Source of the DNA: Antedon mediterranea
Lineage: Eukaryota > Animalia > Echinodermata
Direction of reading: 5' to 3'
NCBI RefSeq assembly: GCF_964355755.1
Contig: NC_092674.1
Span: forward strand, 6,510,001-6,574,000
DNA: 64,000 nucleotides
In this document: positions 63,501-64,000 of the stretch, one piece after another
Layout of the letters: every line of letters starts with the position of its first letter
Position numbering within the stretch: position 1 is the stretch's first letter
Notes under the pieces: generated by a model
The model's input: the letters and a program-made list of their open reading frames with translations, nothing else
What the model was told of the DNA's origin: nothing
Database searches by the model: none
Program-made: the position numbers and the translations under genes

Positions 63501-64000
63501 TAATATCAAATCTAATTTTAGTTTATATGCAGATGATACTTCGTTATATGATATTTGTACAGATCGTAATATTTCAGAACAAAAATTAAATGGTGATCTT
63601 AATGTCATTTATAATTGGGCAAAAAAATGGAAAGTAACATTCAATGCTAACAAAACGAAAGCTATACTGTTTACACGTAAACATTTAGATAACTATGTTA
63701 GTTTAAATTTCAATAATGTAAATCTACAATTTGTAAATGATCATAGGCATCTTGGTGTAATGCTTAATGCAAAACTCAAGTGGGATTCCCATATCCAATC
63801 TGTAATTAACAAAGCGTCTTTATCTTTAAATATGCTACGTCGTGTCAAACATATTCTACCTCGACAGGCTCTCTGTCACATTTACATATCACACGTTAGA
63901 CCATTAATGGAATATGCAGCTCCTGTTTGGTGTAATATCCCAGATAAATTAAGTGATGAACTAGAAAATATCCAGATTTCTGCAGGTAGAATATGTACTG
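60600..64000 (+). mobile_element. Near full-length CR1-group LINE with disrupted ORF2, running off the right edge
   Basis: ORF2 from 61416: HINIRS, LTETWL, GGG, YRPP, GDMN, PTR, DH (APE); NYRPIS, QSGF, DISKAFD, GVPQGS, YADDT (RT). Frameshifts near 61930 and 62830 and a stop near 62995. The 5' boundary is uncertain (60250-60620). Confidence 0.9.
60657..61226 (+). CDS. LINE ORF1 (coiled coil plus L1-type RRM/CTD-like region)
   Basis: LQEQISNIETRLDYLEQYSRRNNLRFYG...SHRIG...PRPIIVRF...VYISEDLT are typical ORF1 motifs. It lies directly upstream of an APE-RT ORF2. Confidence 0.8.
   Translation: MAPKLDVDKLKKDLLQELTTSITETLNKAFDKLQEQISNIETRLDYLEQYSRRNNLRFYGLQDSTKSTDDLVAEVIRDKMGITFKSDDIEVSHRIGPITDKPRPIIVRFNSIRTRNNVFAAKSKLKGMPVYISEDLTKANFNLFWKVRHHDGVQRAWTNRCKIWALCKGEEKPKHIKNENDFERLIAEH

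Overview
AT-rich animal (metazoan) genomic DNA, probably from a marine invertebrate deuterostome such as an echinoderm (inferred from the repeat and gene types, not proven). A large spliced gene, the TTC6 (tetratricopeptide repeat protein 6) orthologue, runs on the minus strand from an ATG at 60043 past the left edge; 43 coding exons could be traced by hand. Its introns hold opposite-strand nested genes. One is a RING-less TRIM-NHL gene (B-box, coiled coil, filamin, NHL). The other is a 25-kb cluster built only from the ~205-aa TCAF/FAM115 N-terminal-type domain, with no M60 peptidase. The cluster has one 1889-aa protein with nine tandem copies ending in a CCMM lipidation motif, plus five single-domain paralogues that start with a 15-nt coding segment and carry no tail, a Gly-rich tail or an SSPK-repeat tail; one is a frameshifted chimera. 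A 76-bp minisatellite copied from a TTC6 exon end carries, in each of about 40 units, a branch point, polypyrimidine tract, AG, in-frame 18-nt cassette (HKAHDL) and GT. Also present: three LINEs (one with a 2A-like motif), a 5S-derived SINE, Deu/Nin-type and other tRNA SINEs, an Academ-like DNA transposon, several MITE families and a MITE-derived satellite. All homology calls come from motif recognition; no database search was run.
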